From IMG/VR virus record IMGVR_UViG_3300031555_003590, positions 228,120 to 292,119 of that record: a stretch of DNA of 64,000 bases; one strand, given 5' to 3'. Both the position numbers and the translations under genes were made by a program. The notes under the pieces are model-generated. The model was not told the origin of the DNA, did not search any database, and saw nothing but the letters and a program-made list of their open reading frames with translations. Source of the stretch: a virus (taxonomy: Duplodnaviria > Caudoviricetes). Of this stretch, positions 49,482 through 59,370 are shown piece by piece. Each line of letters opens with the position of its first letter. Position 1 is the first letter of the stretch.

Positions 49482-52147
49482 AAACTTTCTTCTCCTTCCA
49501 CTGGATATAAGAACTCATCCTTTTGTATAATAACTAATGAGTTACCATTTTTATCTTTGATTATTGGATGTAGTACAATTCCAAATGGAAGTTTATATGA
49601 AATATCTTCATCAGTAAATTGAATATCATCATTTTTAAAGAAGATAATAATATAAATACCGCCGCCATTATCAATATTAGGTTTATTAGATTCAATAATT
49701 CCAGGTAGCATATCTTCATCTATATGAATATTACCTTCTTCATCATATGTATATATTCCACCAGTAGTAACAGTTTGTTTGATGATATACTTTAATTCTT
49801 CAGGGCATGTAATAAATAAATTTCTATCATTATCTAGAGTAATAAAAATTAAACTAGATTTTTCTATATTATCTTCATAATTAGGCGATGGAATATCTCT
49901 AACTATTTTAAATGATTCTCGTTCTTGCCATCTATTTTCTGGATGTGGATAAATATATCCTTCAGAAGTAGGATCTCTTTCAGGGCCATTAGTAAATGTA
50001 GTTTTAGATTCTAAGTTTGATACACATGATCCCATACAAGTTTGAATACACATATTATCACAAGTACTAAAACATGCAGTACTACAAGTAGAATCACACC
50101 ACCAACCACATTGATTAGAACAACTTGTACAAGTAGATTCGCATCTCAAAGTGCATATACCAATGCACATTCCAGTACAAGAGTAACAAAGATTAGAACA
50201 ACCAGAACATTCTTCACTACATGAATGTACACAATTAGTTTCACAAGAATGTTCACAAGTTGCACTGCATGTAATATTACAATTTTGAGTACATCCAGAT
50301 GAACATGCAGATGAACACATGCCACATTGCCATCCACAACTATTAACACAAGTAGTACATTGATTAGAACATGCATCAGAACATTGAGCTGTACAAGATG
50401 TTCCGGTACAATTCATTCTACAGTTACCATCACAAGCATTTCCTCCATCACTACCACACATAGATTTACATCCATTACCCATGCAACTGCCATTACAATC
50501 TAATCTACATGTAGATGTACATCCGCCTTCAAATGAACAACCATTACATGCATGATGTGTTGATTCATCAGTACAACTACCACTACAATTATTTGTACAA
50601 CCTGTACAAGATTGTGTACAACCATTTGCACAACCATGACCACAATTAGTACTGCATTCGAAAGAACAATTATCAGAGCATTTTTGTTGACATGCATGCC
50701 AGCAAGTATGTACACAATATCCTTCACATGTACCTTCACATCTACCAATACAATTTAATGTACATCCTGCTTCACAACCTCTACCTTTTCCTGTTCTATA
50801 ACTATTACCAGTTTGAGGATCATTATCTACACATCCACCATAACATGAAGTAGAACAAGAATTAGTACAAGAAGTAAAACATTTGCCCATGCATCCAGAA
50901 TCCCAACATTCAGTTTTCTTATTAGGATAGAACTGGCAACTATATGAACATCCTTCACATGAATAAGTAGTATATTCTAATTTATTTTTTGCAGGCACTC
51001 CATTCTTACCACCAGTAGCAGTAATCTTTACTGTTTTAGCACCAGCAGTTACACATGAATAGCCAGTACTATTTTCACATTTAGTTTTACAAGATGAGAA
51101 ACATTGTGAACTACAACCAGTACAAGAAGTAGTACATGAATTAGTACAAGCATTACCACATCTACCCCAACAAGTAGTGGTACAATTTTGTGAACATTCA
51201 TTATCGCAAGTAAGATGGCAAAGCCCTGTACAGGAATTATTACAATTTGTAACTACTCCACCATATACTGGTTTTGATGGTAGTTCATCTCCTCGTTGTG
51301 GATTGCGAGGATTAGGTCCAAATCGTTTTGAAGCTAATCCACCACTTTTAATTCTAGTAAATACATTATTACGTTCATTATTTTGGTCATTCCAATTTCG
51401 ATGAATAATCGGAGTTACATATGGATTGTATGGATGGAAATTAGAATCACCTGGTTTAGCACCATAATCATCATAAAAATTATTAGGTCCTAATCCATCA
51501 TATTCATTTAATTCTTCTCCATCATATTCACCAGATGGCATTACATATTTACCATCTTCCATTGGATATGTAATATTTAATTTTTCATTTGGCCAATTAT
51601 CACTTTTATGTGTAGTAATACCACCATTAGGATCATTAATAGTTGGAAAATTATCTGATTCATGTAATAGTTTATTTAATACACTATTTTCTGCAGCAAT
51701 TAATGATTCTTCAATTCCAGAAGGATCTCTAAATGCGGTATTTGAAATTTCATCTCTTCCATAAAAAAGATTAATATCATTCATTTTAGCTAAACCAATT
51801 AACATATTTTTGAGTTCATCTACATTGAGAGCAGCTGCAGATGTATTTGGAATAGATGAATTATGTTCTGGAAGTTGTCCAGCAGGATTTTCTCCATGAG
51901 CAGGATAATTAATATTCTTAGTAGGTTCCAAAGATCCTTCAGAAGGATTATTGATAGTATAAGTTTTATCATCTACTAATACTCTATCACCATTATCAGG
52001 AATACTTAATGGAGAACTTTTATCTATACCTACTGTAGGAGTACATAATGGATTCCACCATTTATATGTTCCTCGTCGTTTAATTTCTTTATTAATTCTT
52101 TCTATTAATTCAGTAAATTCTATATTAGAATAAAAATTCTTATTCAA
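49469..52147 (-). CDS. 892-aa Cxxx-repeat Cys-rich protein, probable radical-SAM modification target
   Basis: About 88 Cys, mostly spaced Cx3C, in 50024-51244; TTG start with RBS GGAGGTG. Confidence 0.85.
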   Translation of the reverse strand: MNKNFYSNIEFTELIERINKEIKRRGTYKWWNPLCTPTVGIDKSSPLSIPDNGDRVLVDDKTYTINNPSEGSLEPTKNINYPAHGENPAGQLPEHNSSIPNTSAAALNVDELKNMLIGLAKMNDINLFYGRDEISNTAFRDPSGIEESLIAAENSVLNKLLHESDNFPTINDPNGGITTHKSDNWPNEKLNITYPMEDGKYVMPSGEYDGEELNEYDGLGPNNFYDDYGAKPGDSNFHPYNPYVTPIIHRNWNDQNNERNNVFTRIKSGGLASKRFGPNPRNPQRGDELPSKPVYGGVVTNCNNSCTGLCHLTCDNECSQNCTTTCWGRCGNACTNSCTTSCTGCSSQCFSSCKTKCENSTGYSCVTAGAKTVKITATGGKNGVPAKNKLEYTTYSCEGCSYSCQFYPNKKTECWDSGCMGKCFTSCTNSCSTSCYGGCVDNDPQTGNSYRTGKGRGCEAGCTLNCIGRCEGTCEGYCVHTCWHACQQKCSDNCSFECSTNCGHGCANGCTQSCTGCTNNCSGSCTDESTHHACNGCSFEGGCTSTCRLDCNGSCMGNGCKSMCGSDGGNACDGNCRMNCTGTSCTAQCSDACSNQCTTCVNSCGWQCGMCSSACSSGCTQNCNITCSATCEHSCETNCVHSCSEECSGCSNLCYSCTGMCIGICTLRCESTCTSCSNQCGWWCDSTCSTACFSTCDNMCIQTCMGSCVSNLESKTTFTNGPERDPTSEGYIYPHPENRWQERESFKIVRDIPSPNYEDNIEKSSLIFITLDNDRNLFITCPEELKYIIKQTVTTGGIYTYDEEGNIHIDEDMLPGIIESNKPNIDNGGGIYIIIFFKNDDIQFTDEDISYKLPFGIVLHPIIKDKNGNSLVIIQKDEFLYPVEGEESLWEK

Positions 52148-52182
52148 TTTAAATCACCTCCATATTATATTTGAATAAACAT

Positions 52183-52194
52183 TATTAAGTCGTT
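52183..52194 (-). promoter_or_regulatory. Putative late promoter AACG-N6-TA
   Basis: Directly after hairpin 52208-52245, upstream of the Cys-rich gene. Confidence 0.5.
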
Positions 52195-52247
52195 CCAAAT
52201 TAAAATAGATATTAGGATAGGGAAATGAATCCCTATCCTAATATATT

Positions 52248-53198
52248 TTAACTAATTAATTTATTATAAATATTCTCGCATTTTCTACATGAATTACAAT
52301 CACCAATAATACAAGTATTTTCTCTAAGTTTAATATATTCTAAAAATATATCATATTTATTATCAGGGATATAAATATTACCAAGCATCTTAGTTCTAGT
52401 ACTAGATGTCCAATTAGAAAGTATAGCATTTATATTTTCATTTGAAATCATTCTGGTAGCAAATTTTAAAATATCATAATCATGATATTGTAAATCTTCT
52501 TTATATAATTGAATTCTAGATAATTTCATCCATGGATATAATTCATATACTTTATTACATACTCGATTACATTTACTTCCTTTACATGTAAATGATTCAC
52601 ATCCTGGAAGATTATTATAATTATTTTCTCTACTAAATATACATCCTTCATTTACAATAATTTTGGTTTTCATTTCCATATCATGAATCATTTTTATCAC
52701 ATTATTATTGTTAAAATGTAATTCTCCAGATATATTTATTACATCTACTCCAGCCTGTTTAAGTTCAAATAACTTTTCACCAGGAGAAAATCTAATTGAT
52801 GGATCATTATCTATATTCCAATCCCAGTATCTTACAGATATATGAATTTCTAATTCAGGAAATTCTTTCTTTATCTTTACTGCAAATTGCGGATCAAGAA
52901 TAGTTACTGCATTAATTAAATTACTATTTAATGATAAAAGAATATATTCTATATAGTTTAAAGATGATCCAAATGTATTTAGTAATAAATTTCCTTTAAA
53001 TCCATATCTTTCGCAATTTTTTAATGTACTAAGTGTTTCATCTAGATCTATATGATTCATATGAACATCTTCTGTTAGTGAGAAGAAATATGAATGAATA
53101 TAATTTTTATATGGCAATAATGTATCAAAGAAATCTTGACCAGTAAAATTATATCCAACTGAAAAACTATTTGATTTTATTAATGATTTAATATCCAT
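52248..53198 (-). CDS. U32 peptidase-family-like Fe-S protein
   Basis: NLLLN, AVTILDP...IKKEFPELEIHISV, IIVNEGC, DILKFATR, C-terminal CxxCxxC. Confidence 0.65.
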   Translation of the reverse strand: MDIKSLIKSNSFSVGYNFTGQDFFDTLLPYKNYIHSYFFSLTEDVHMNHIDLDETLSTLKNCERYGFKGNLLLNTFGSSLNYIEYILLSLNSNLINAVTILDPQFAVKIKKEFPELEIHISVRYWDWNIDNDPSIRFSPGEKLFELKQAGVDVINISGELHFNNNNVIKMIHDMEMKTKIIVNEGCIFSRENNYNNLPGCESFTCKGSKCNRVCNKVYELYPWMKLSRIQLYKEDLQYHDYDILKFATRMISNENINAILSNWTSSTRTKMLGNIYIPDNKYDIFLEYIKLRENTCIIGDCNSCRKCENIYNKLIS

Positions 53199-53219
53199 AA
53201 ATATTTACTCCTAATATGA

Positions 53220-55499
53220 TTAATTATCAAATAATCCAATTTTAACAGCTATAGCTGTGCATTCTAATAGTTTTAAACTATTCAATTCTTCTTGATCAAT
53301 TACTAATAATGACCATTCATCTGGTAATACATTCTTTCGTATTGGTAAATCATATTCAGGATGTTTGACCAAAAGTTTATTCCAGTAATAAACATTTGCC
53401 AAGTGTTCCGCAAACATCATTAAACAAGTAAAAGTTCCTCTCTTATTAGGAGTTCCAAATATCGAATGACCATGAGCTAAACAATAAGCACAATCATTTG
53501 AAATTGGACATTCAAAACAAATATCATTGGCTGCACTTCTACGAGTAATTCTATCCATCATTTGTAAAACTTCAGAATCTTGTTCTCTGCCAATAATACC
53601 ACTTTCAATATTACCAATACAAAGATCTTTTACATCACTACCAACAGAACTAGGCATATACCTAATACAAGGATAAAATTGTCCATTAGGTCTTAATGAT
53701 AACATTGAACCTTGACCTCCACAAGGAGCTGAATCATTATACTTAGACATCATATCTTCTTGACGTTCATTAAAAATAGCAATATATAAATGCTCTAGAT
53801 TATTTTCTAATAAATAATCTGCCAGTTTCTTTAATTGTTGATATTCTATTAATGCAGTTTCTTGAGTCCATCCTTCTTCGAATACACAATTAATATTTAT
53901 ACAAGTCATTCCATTCTTAATAAAATTGACTACTGAATCATATAAATATTTGATATTAGAAGGAGCTAATGTCATTTTAGAATTTCTTTCAGGAGTATGA
54001 TATTTATTATAATGATTTAATGCAGCAATATCAATATCATAACTTCCTTCACCATTAGGTTGAACTCTACATGCATCATGTAATTCTTTATTACCATCAA
54101 TAGAAATATTAAAAGAAATATTTTGAGCATACTCTTTAAAAAAGTCTTGTACTTCTGGATCAAAATATGATAATCCATTAGAGCAAATAGAAACCCTATG
54201 TAAATTAAACCATGGATGATTTAATTCATAACATTGTTCTAAAAAATACTCGTAAATCTTTCTAGTTAATTTGATTTCTAATAGAGGTTCTCCACCAATA
54301 AATTCTAATATTAATGCTGGAGAATTATATCGATTAACATAACCATATTTATCATTTAGCATATTATCAATAAATGTTTTAGCAGTTTCAAATGACATTC
54401 TCATTGGAGTTTTATTGAATTGATAACAATAGGTACAATTATGGCATACTAAGTTACAAACAATAAAAGTATGTAATTCGGTTTCTAAATTATACACAGT
54501 TTCTACTTTAATATCATTTTCATTATATTTTAATTCAAATGAATTAACTGATGTTACATATTTATCTTCATTACAAAATATAAATCCGTGAGATGGATTA
54601 TTTGATTTCATAATTTCATCAATTGATAACCATTCTCTGCTAGGAGTTAGAAATGGATGATCTCTAGTTACTCTAAATCCATCATGATAATCTTTCCACC
54701 ATACTCCAACTGTTTCAGCTTCTCTTCTAAACAGATGAGTTACTTTAGTAGGAACAAAGTTCTTTCCATTATAAAAAGTTTCATTGTTATTATCTTTAAT
54801 AATATTTTCAGAACATGCTAAAACTAAATCTCCTAATTTAATATCTTTAATTGGTTTTTGTGATCCATTAGCCATTAAAACTAATGAATCTCCTGAAAAA
54901 CAATTTAATGAACAACGTTCGGAAGTTTGTAAAGTTACATTATGAACAAATACATCACTATCAGCACCTGTTCCTACTACATCCTGTTGTCTATTTTCAA
55001 ATAATTCTGGATATGCTTTAGCTACTCCATCATTATATGAATCAGTATAGAATCTGAAATATTCATTGGGATCAATATTATATACCTTATCTTCTGGAAT
55101 TTCATTATCAATATACTTTAAGAATTCTTTATTTTTAGAAATAATAATCATTTTAAATTTCACATAAGTTGTATCAATCTTTACATCTTGTGCTAATACA
55201 TCTTCTAAATCATCTAATTTAAATGGATCTGGAATTGTGATTACTTGTGCAATTAACATATATAAAAATTCACCAAATGATGAGTGTAATTGCCTAGCTT
55301 TATCAGTAAATTGATTTTGTAATTCTGGAATTTTATATAAATCTTTATTATTTTTTATCATGTATTTGATTCTAAATAATAGTCCATCTACATCCAATGA
55401 TAATCTATCTAATCTATATTCTTGAAATAAATTTAAACAAAAATTATCAAATTGAACTTTAAATAATTTAATATCTTTTTCTAATTTATATGCTTTCAT
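53220..55499 (-). CDS. Radical SAM/SPASM peptide maturase (Cxxx-repeat-target type) with intein
   Basis: CSLN/CTYC cluster motif, FIGGEPLL, SIDG..ELHDACR, CGG...YPCIRY...CFECPISNDCAYC SPASM. Confidence 0.9.
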   Translation of the reverse strand: MKAYKLEKDIKLFKVQFDNFCLNLFQEYRLDRLSLDVDGLLFRIKYMIKNNKDLYKIPELQNQFTDKARQLHSSFGEFLYMLIAQVITIPDPFKLDDLEDVLAQDVKIDTTYVKFKMIIISKNKEFLKYIDNEIPEDKVYNIDPNEYFRFYTDSYNDGVAKAYPELFENRQQDVVGTGADSDVFVHNVTLQTSERCSLNCFSGDSLVLMANGSQKPIKDIKLGDLVLACSENIIKDNNNETFYNGKNFVPTKVTHLFRREAETVGVWWKDYHDGFRVTRDHPFLTPSREWLSIDEIMKSNNPSHGFIFCNEDKYVTSVNSFELKYNENDIKVETVYNLETELHTFIVCNLVCHNCTYCYQFNKTPMRMSFETAKTFIDNMLNDKYGYVNRYNSPALILEFIGGEPLLEIKLTRKIYEYFLEQCYELNHPWFNLHRVSICSNGLSYFDPEVQDFFKEYAQNISFNISIDGNKELHDACRVQPNGEGSYDIDIAALNHYNKYHTPERNSKMTLAPSNIKYLYDSVVNFIKNGMTCININCVFEEGWTQETALIEYQQLKKLADYLLENNLEHLYIAIFNERQEDMMSKYNDSAPCGGQGSMLSLRPNGQFYPCIRYMPSSVGSDVKDLCIGNIESGIIGREQDSEVLQMMDRITRRSAANDICFECPISNDCAYCLAHGHSIFGTPNKRGTFTCLMMFAEHLANVYYWNKLLVKHPEYDLPIRKNVLPDEWSLLVIDQEELNSLKLLECTAIAVKIGLFDN
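54438..54902 (-). mobile_element. 155-aa mini-intein inside the CX3CX2C motif
   Basis: CFSGDSLV start, TRDHPF block B, VYNLE block F, VCHN end, Cys+1. Confidence 0.92.
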
Positions 55500-55557
55500 A
55501 TAATACCTCCTATAATATTTTATTTAAATATTCAAGTATTACTATTAACAAGAAAAT

Positions 55558-55586
55558 ACAAGGTAGGGTTTTAACCCTACCTTGTT
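55558..55586. terminator. Terminator hairpin
   Basis: ACAAGGTAGGGT-ttta-ACCCTACCTTGT. Confidence 0.75.
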
Positions 55587-55605
55587 ATTATAAAATTATA
55601 GATAT

Positions 55606-57858
55606 TTATACAACTAGTGGTTTACAAGAAGGAGATGCTCCAATATACCAACCTATGACATCTGATTTATCATAAAAATCGCAAGTAAAAATACCACAGA
55701 AAGTTTGATCGTTAACTCCGCAATATCCACCAAATGAAGCAACTCGTACATCATTATTAGTTGTAATATAAATCATATCACAGAAACCAGTAGTTCCAGT
55801 TGCAGTAGTAGTTTTTGGGAATATACCGTATTGATTAACATATACTGTAGATAGATATCCATACTTAGTAGGAATGTTACCAACTTTGATATATGTAGCA
55901 TTGGGGCTATCATAACCAATATAACCATCTCCAGTATTAGCAACAACTTTGGTATATAGAACTCCTGTATTATTGATTATACCTGCAGTGCGTCTACTAA
56001 TATTACCCCAAAGATTCTCAATACCAAATACTTTAACACCTTCATTATTAGAGGTGGATCCCCAGAATAATCCTTTAGTATTCATTGTACCTGTCTTCAG
56101 TACACCATTAGTACCAGAATTAGCATGAGGATTATTTAGTCCATTATAGTTACCATTACCAAATACAAGCTGACTATTAGTAGATTTACCAATTAGCATT
56201 AGTAGTAAGGTAATTAACATGCGGTCGCAGAATAAATCAATACTCCAAATTGTTTTATTGTAGTTATTATATGAATATACGAACTGATAATCCATTGCTT
56301 TATCGCCACTAGGAAGCTTGCCACTAATACTACGTAGTTTATTAGATGAGTCAATCCATCCATTATATGCAGATATATATGTATAAGGCATTATTTTATT
56401 ATTGGAATCAGTATGTGCATATGCATAATAGCTATTATCTAATTTCTTATTACTAAAATAGAATTTAGGTTTATCTTCAACAGTATAATCGATTTTAACC
56501 CATACAGTAGGAATACCAATCATAACATTACCAGCTATAGTATCACTATTAATGTTAGATGCAGTACCATCAACTTTTTTAGTATAATCATTTTTATCTA
56601 ACTCATATGCTACTGTACCATCATAATTTAATACTACTGGTTTAATATTTTTAATAAACCAAGCATTTGCCCAACTACCATAATCAAATACTCCTGCTGT
56701 ATAGTTCATTTTAGCTGAAGTATAATTCACATTAGATCCTAAATATGTAATCTTTTTAGTAGTATCAGATACAGTTTGATCCAATTGAAATGCGTACATT
56801 TCAACAGCCTGTACTATAGTTACAGAAACTTGTACTATATTAGATGTAGTATAGTTATCAGTTTCATTGACATTAATAGTGATTATACTACTACCTTCAT
56901 TATTACCTGTAACACTTACAACACCGGTAGTTTGGTTAATAGAAATAGTAATATTTGTATTATTAGCAGTTGCAATAATATTACCTGTATTATTTCTAGT
57001 TACTGTGAAAGTACCAATAGCACCAGTTTCAACATTTAAAGCAGCAGCAGATGTTGATATAACTCCAACAGCTTTACCGATACTCCATTGTACTTCTTTT
57101 GCAGTATTGGTTCCATCTTCCCATTGATAATTTTCATTAGGAGTAAATGTTGCAATATATGTACCAGCATTAGTAGCAGATGTAGTACCGCCAATAGTCA
57201 TATATGTAGAATTGTAATTATCCCAACCAGGATACTGTATAGTGCCATTATAAGTTAATGTAACATTCTGAACTGGTACTACAGGAATTTCAATATTATT
57301 AATAATGATAATTGTTTCACCAGTTATCTCATTATAGTTACTATTATCAGGAACAAATTTCCACTGTACCGTAGCAGGATCACTCATAGTAGCAAATTCT
57401 TCATCAGTAGTAACCCAACTAAATGTACCTGGTACATTAGAATCAACTGTTGCAATTATATCACTTAATGCAGTACCATAAACAATATCAGTAGGAGTTG
57501 TTACAGTAGTAACAATAGGAGTTGCTTTACTAATAGTCCATTCAATAGTAATAGGAGTTGCATCATTAGTTGTATCCCATGCATAACCATCTTTAGGAGT
57601 AAATGTTGCACTATATGATCCTACATCAACTCCAGTATTACCTGTAACATCCATTATATCCGGATTATACCAAGTAAAAATTGGTGATAATGTTTCACCA
57701 GTATATACTAAATCAGTAATAGCCAGTGAAGGAGGAGTGATTAAAGTAATACTTCTAATAATATCTAAATTGATATTACCTTCTACAGAATGAAATGCTT
57801 TTAAATTATCTGGAATAAATTTCCATAAAACATTTAATGTTTTAATTAAAGTACTCAT
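55606..57858 (-). CDS. Ig-repeat adhesin/fibre with N-terminal half-Ig plug and a C-type-lectin/FGE-like tip
   Basis: YNGT...TNAGTY.ATFTP..NYQWED Ig repeats; FGIENLWGN...GG...IGASPSCKP tip. Confidence 0.75.
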   Translation of the reverse strand: MSTLIKTLNVLWKFIPDNLKAFHSVEGNINLDIIRSITLITPPSLAITDLVYTGETLSPIFTWYNPDIMDVTGNTGVDVGSYSATFTPKDGYAWDTTNDATPITIEWTISKATPIVTTVTTPTDIVYGTALSDIIATVDSNVPGTFSWVTTDEEFATMSDPATVQWKFVPDNSNYNEITGETIIIINNIEIPVVPVQNVTLTYNGTIQYPGWDNYNSTYMTIGGTTSATNAGTYIATFTPNENYQWEDGTNTAKEVQWSIGKAVGVISTSAAALNVETGAIGTFTVTRNNTGNIIATANNTNITISINQTTGVVSVTGNNEGSSIITINVNETDNYTTSNIVQVSVTIVQAVEMYAFQLDQTVSDTTKKITYLGSNVNYTSAKMNYTAGVFDYGSWANAWFIKNIKPVVLNYDGTVAYELDKNDYTKKVDGTASNINSDTIAGNVMIGIPTVWVKIDYTVEDKPKFYFSNKKLDNSYYAYAHTDSNNKIMPYTYISAYNGWIDSSNKLRSISGKLPSGDKAMDYQFVYSYNNYNKTIWSIDLFCDRMLITLLLMLIGKSTNSQLVFGNGNYNGLNNPHANSGTNGVLKTGTMNTKGLFWGSTSNNEGVKVFGIENLWGNISRRTAGIINNTGVLYTKVVANTGDGYIGYDSPNATYIKVGNIPTKYGYLSTVYVNQYGIFPKTTTATGTTGFCDMIYITTNNDVRVASFGGYCGVNDQTFCGIFTCDFYDKSDVIGWYIGASPSCKPLVV
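57398..57435 (-). repeat. 38-bp repeat, inverted copy of 40080-40117
   Basis: Identical sequence encoding VPGTFSWVTTDE. Confidence 0.9.
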
Positions 57859-57913
57859 ATATTTATCATCCTTTTCAATATATCAGAATAATTTATAATG
57901 AGATTTTTAATAA

Positions 57914-59338
57914 TTATACTGTATAATTATATACTATATTAGCATTCTTGATAGGATCATTCATACCACTAATATTAATAGTAGAATATTGTTCTTTAGT
58001 ACCTTTATAATTGATAGTAGTTAAATTATTACAATACTGGAATGCAAAACTATTAATCTTAGTTAAAGATGTCGGTAAAGTAATTTCTTTTAGATTTTCA
58101 CAATATTGGAAAGTCCAACTACCAATCTCAGTTACTCCATCAGGAATTACAATATTTTCTAATGACTTACAATATTGGAATGTATAATTATCAATATTAG
58201 TAAGAGTATTAGGAAGATTTACTTCAGTTAAATTTTCACAATACTGGAAAGTATATTTACCCATATTAGTAGTACCTTCAGCAATATTTATAGTCTGAAG
58301 ATTAGTACAATTCTGGAATGAATATCCATCAATTTCTTTAACGGATTCAGGAATAGTTACACTTCTAAGATTAGTAGCATCGTTAAACATTCCACTATCA
58401 ATCTTAGTAACATTATATACATTACCATCAGTACCAACAAATAAAGTAGGAATTACTAAATCTTCATTATCTTCACCAGTATAACCAATGGTAGATAGAT
58501 TCATATAATTAATTTCACCATCGCCAGATATGGTTTTAATATATTCAGCAGTAATATTAAATTCAGTACCAATAGGATTACCAACTGCAGTCATACTAAT
58601 ATCATTGTCTACCTTCATTAATATACAATGATCAGATTCAGAAAATTGATAAGGTAGAGGTTTACAATTTACGCCATAATTGCCATACTGATGTACAAGT
58701 TTATCAATATTACCAGTTTCAGTAAGTTTTAAACCATCTGAAATAGTACCAGTAAATACTCTTCTAAAGAGAGGATTATTTAACCAAGTTCCAATAACAG
58801 TTTCTTCAGAAGAATAGACTTGTTTAACTTCAGATACTTTTACAGTTTTCTCTATAATGGTTTCCTTTGCAGGAAGTACAAAATCTAGTACTACATCATG
58901 TTCAGTACCACCATTAGTAACATTAGGAGTATCTCCTTCAGTTATGTTGCCAATATAAATAGTAGCTGATTTACCTGATTCTCCATCGATACCATTTCTT
59001 AGTTTAATTTCAGTAGATTCTCCATTAGTTAACTTAACAACCCAGATATTTTCAGCACCAGATTCTTCACTAGAAACACTCTGTTCAATTGATTCAATAC
59101 TAACTAATTTATTATTTTCAATTATAGAATCATTAGAAGAATTAGAATTATCAATTTTACTATTAATTTCATTAATGATTTCTGATAATGCTTTTACTGA
59201 TAGCACTTTATTATTAGCAGTATCATCAATAGATTGTACAATTATTTCATTAATACGAAGAGCAACATTCTTAAAGATTTCTTTAGTAAAAGTAGATATA
59301 AATTCTTCATTGAGTGTATAAATTGTATCATTTTCCAT
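57914..59338 (-). CDS. Fibre-family N-terminus plus BspA-type LRR adhesin
   Basis: VALRINEIIVQSIDD...VLSVKAL resembles the 36420 family; IPxxVxEIxxxTFQYCxNL repeats. Confidence 0.8.
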   Translation of the reverse strand: MENDTIYTLNEEFISTFTKEIFKNVALRINEIIVQSIDDTANNKVLSVKALSEIINEINSKIDNSNSSNDSIIENNKLVSIESIEQSVSSEESGAENIWVVKLTNGESTEIKLRNGIDGESGKSATIYIGNITEGDTPNVTNGGTEHDVVLDFVLPAKETIIEKTVKVSEVKQVYSSEETVIGTWLNNPLFRRVFTGTISDGLKLTETGNIDKLVHQYGNYGVNCKPLPYQFSESDHCILMKVDNDISMTAVGNPIGTEFNITAEYIKTISGDGEINYMNLSTIGYTGEDNEDLVIPTLFVGTDGNVYNVTKIDSGMFNDATNLRSVTIPESVKEIDGYSFQNCTNLQTINIAEGTTNMGKYTFQYCENLTEVNLPNTLTNIDNYTFQYCKSLENIVIPDGVTEIGSWTFQYCENLKEITLPTSLTKINSFAFQYCNNLTTINYKGTKEQYSTINISGMNDPIKNANIVYNYTV

Positions 59339-59370
59339 AATTTAATCAATCTCCTTTCTATTATTTATAT

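Noticed and set aside
49469-52147. Eukaryotic contamination or metallothionein/keratin-like origin of the Cys-rich ORF
   Set aside because: It has a phage RBS, phage codon usage, operon coupling and an adjacent cognate-type rSAM.
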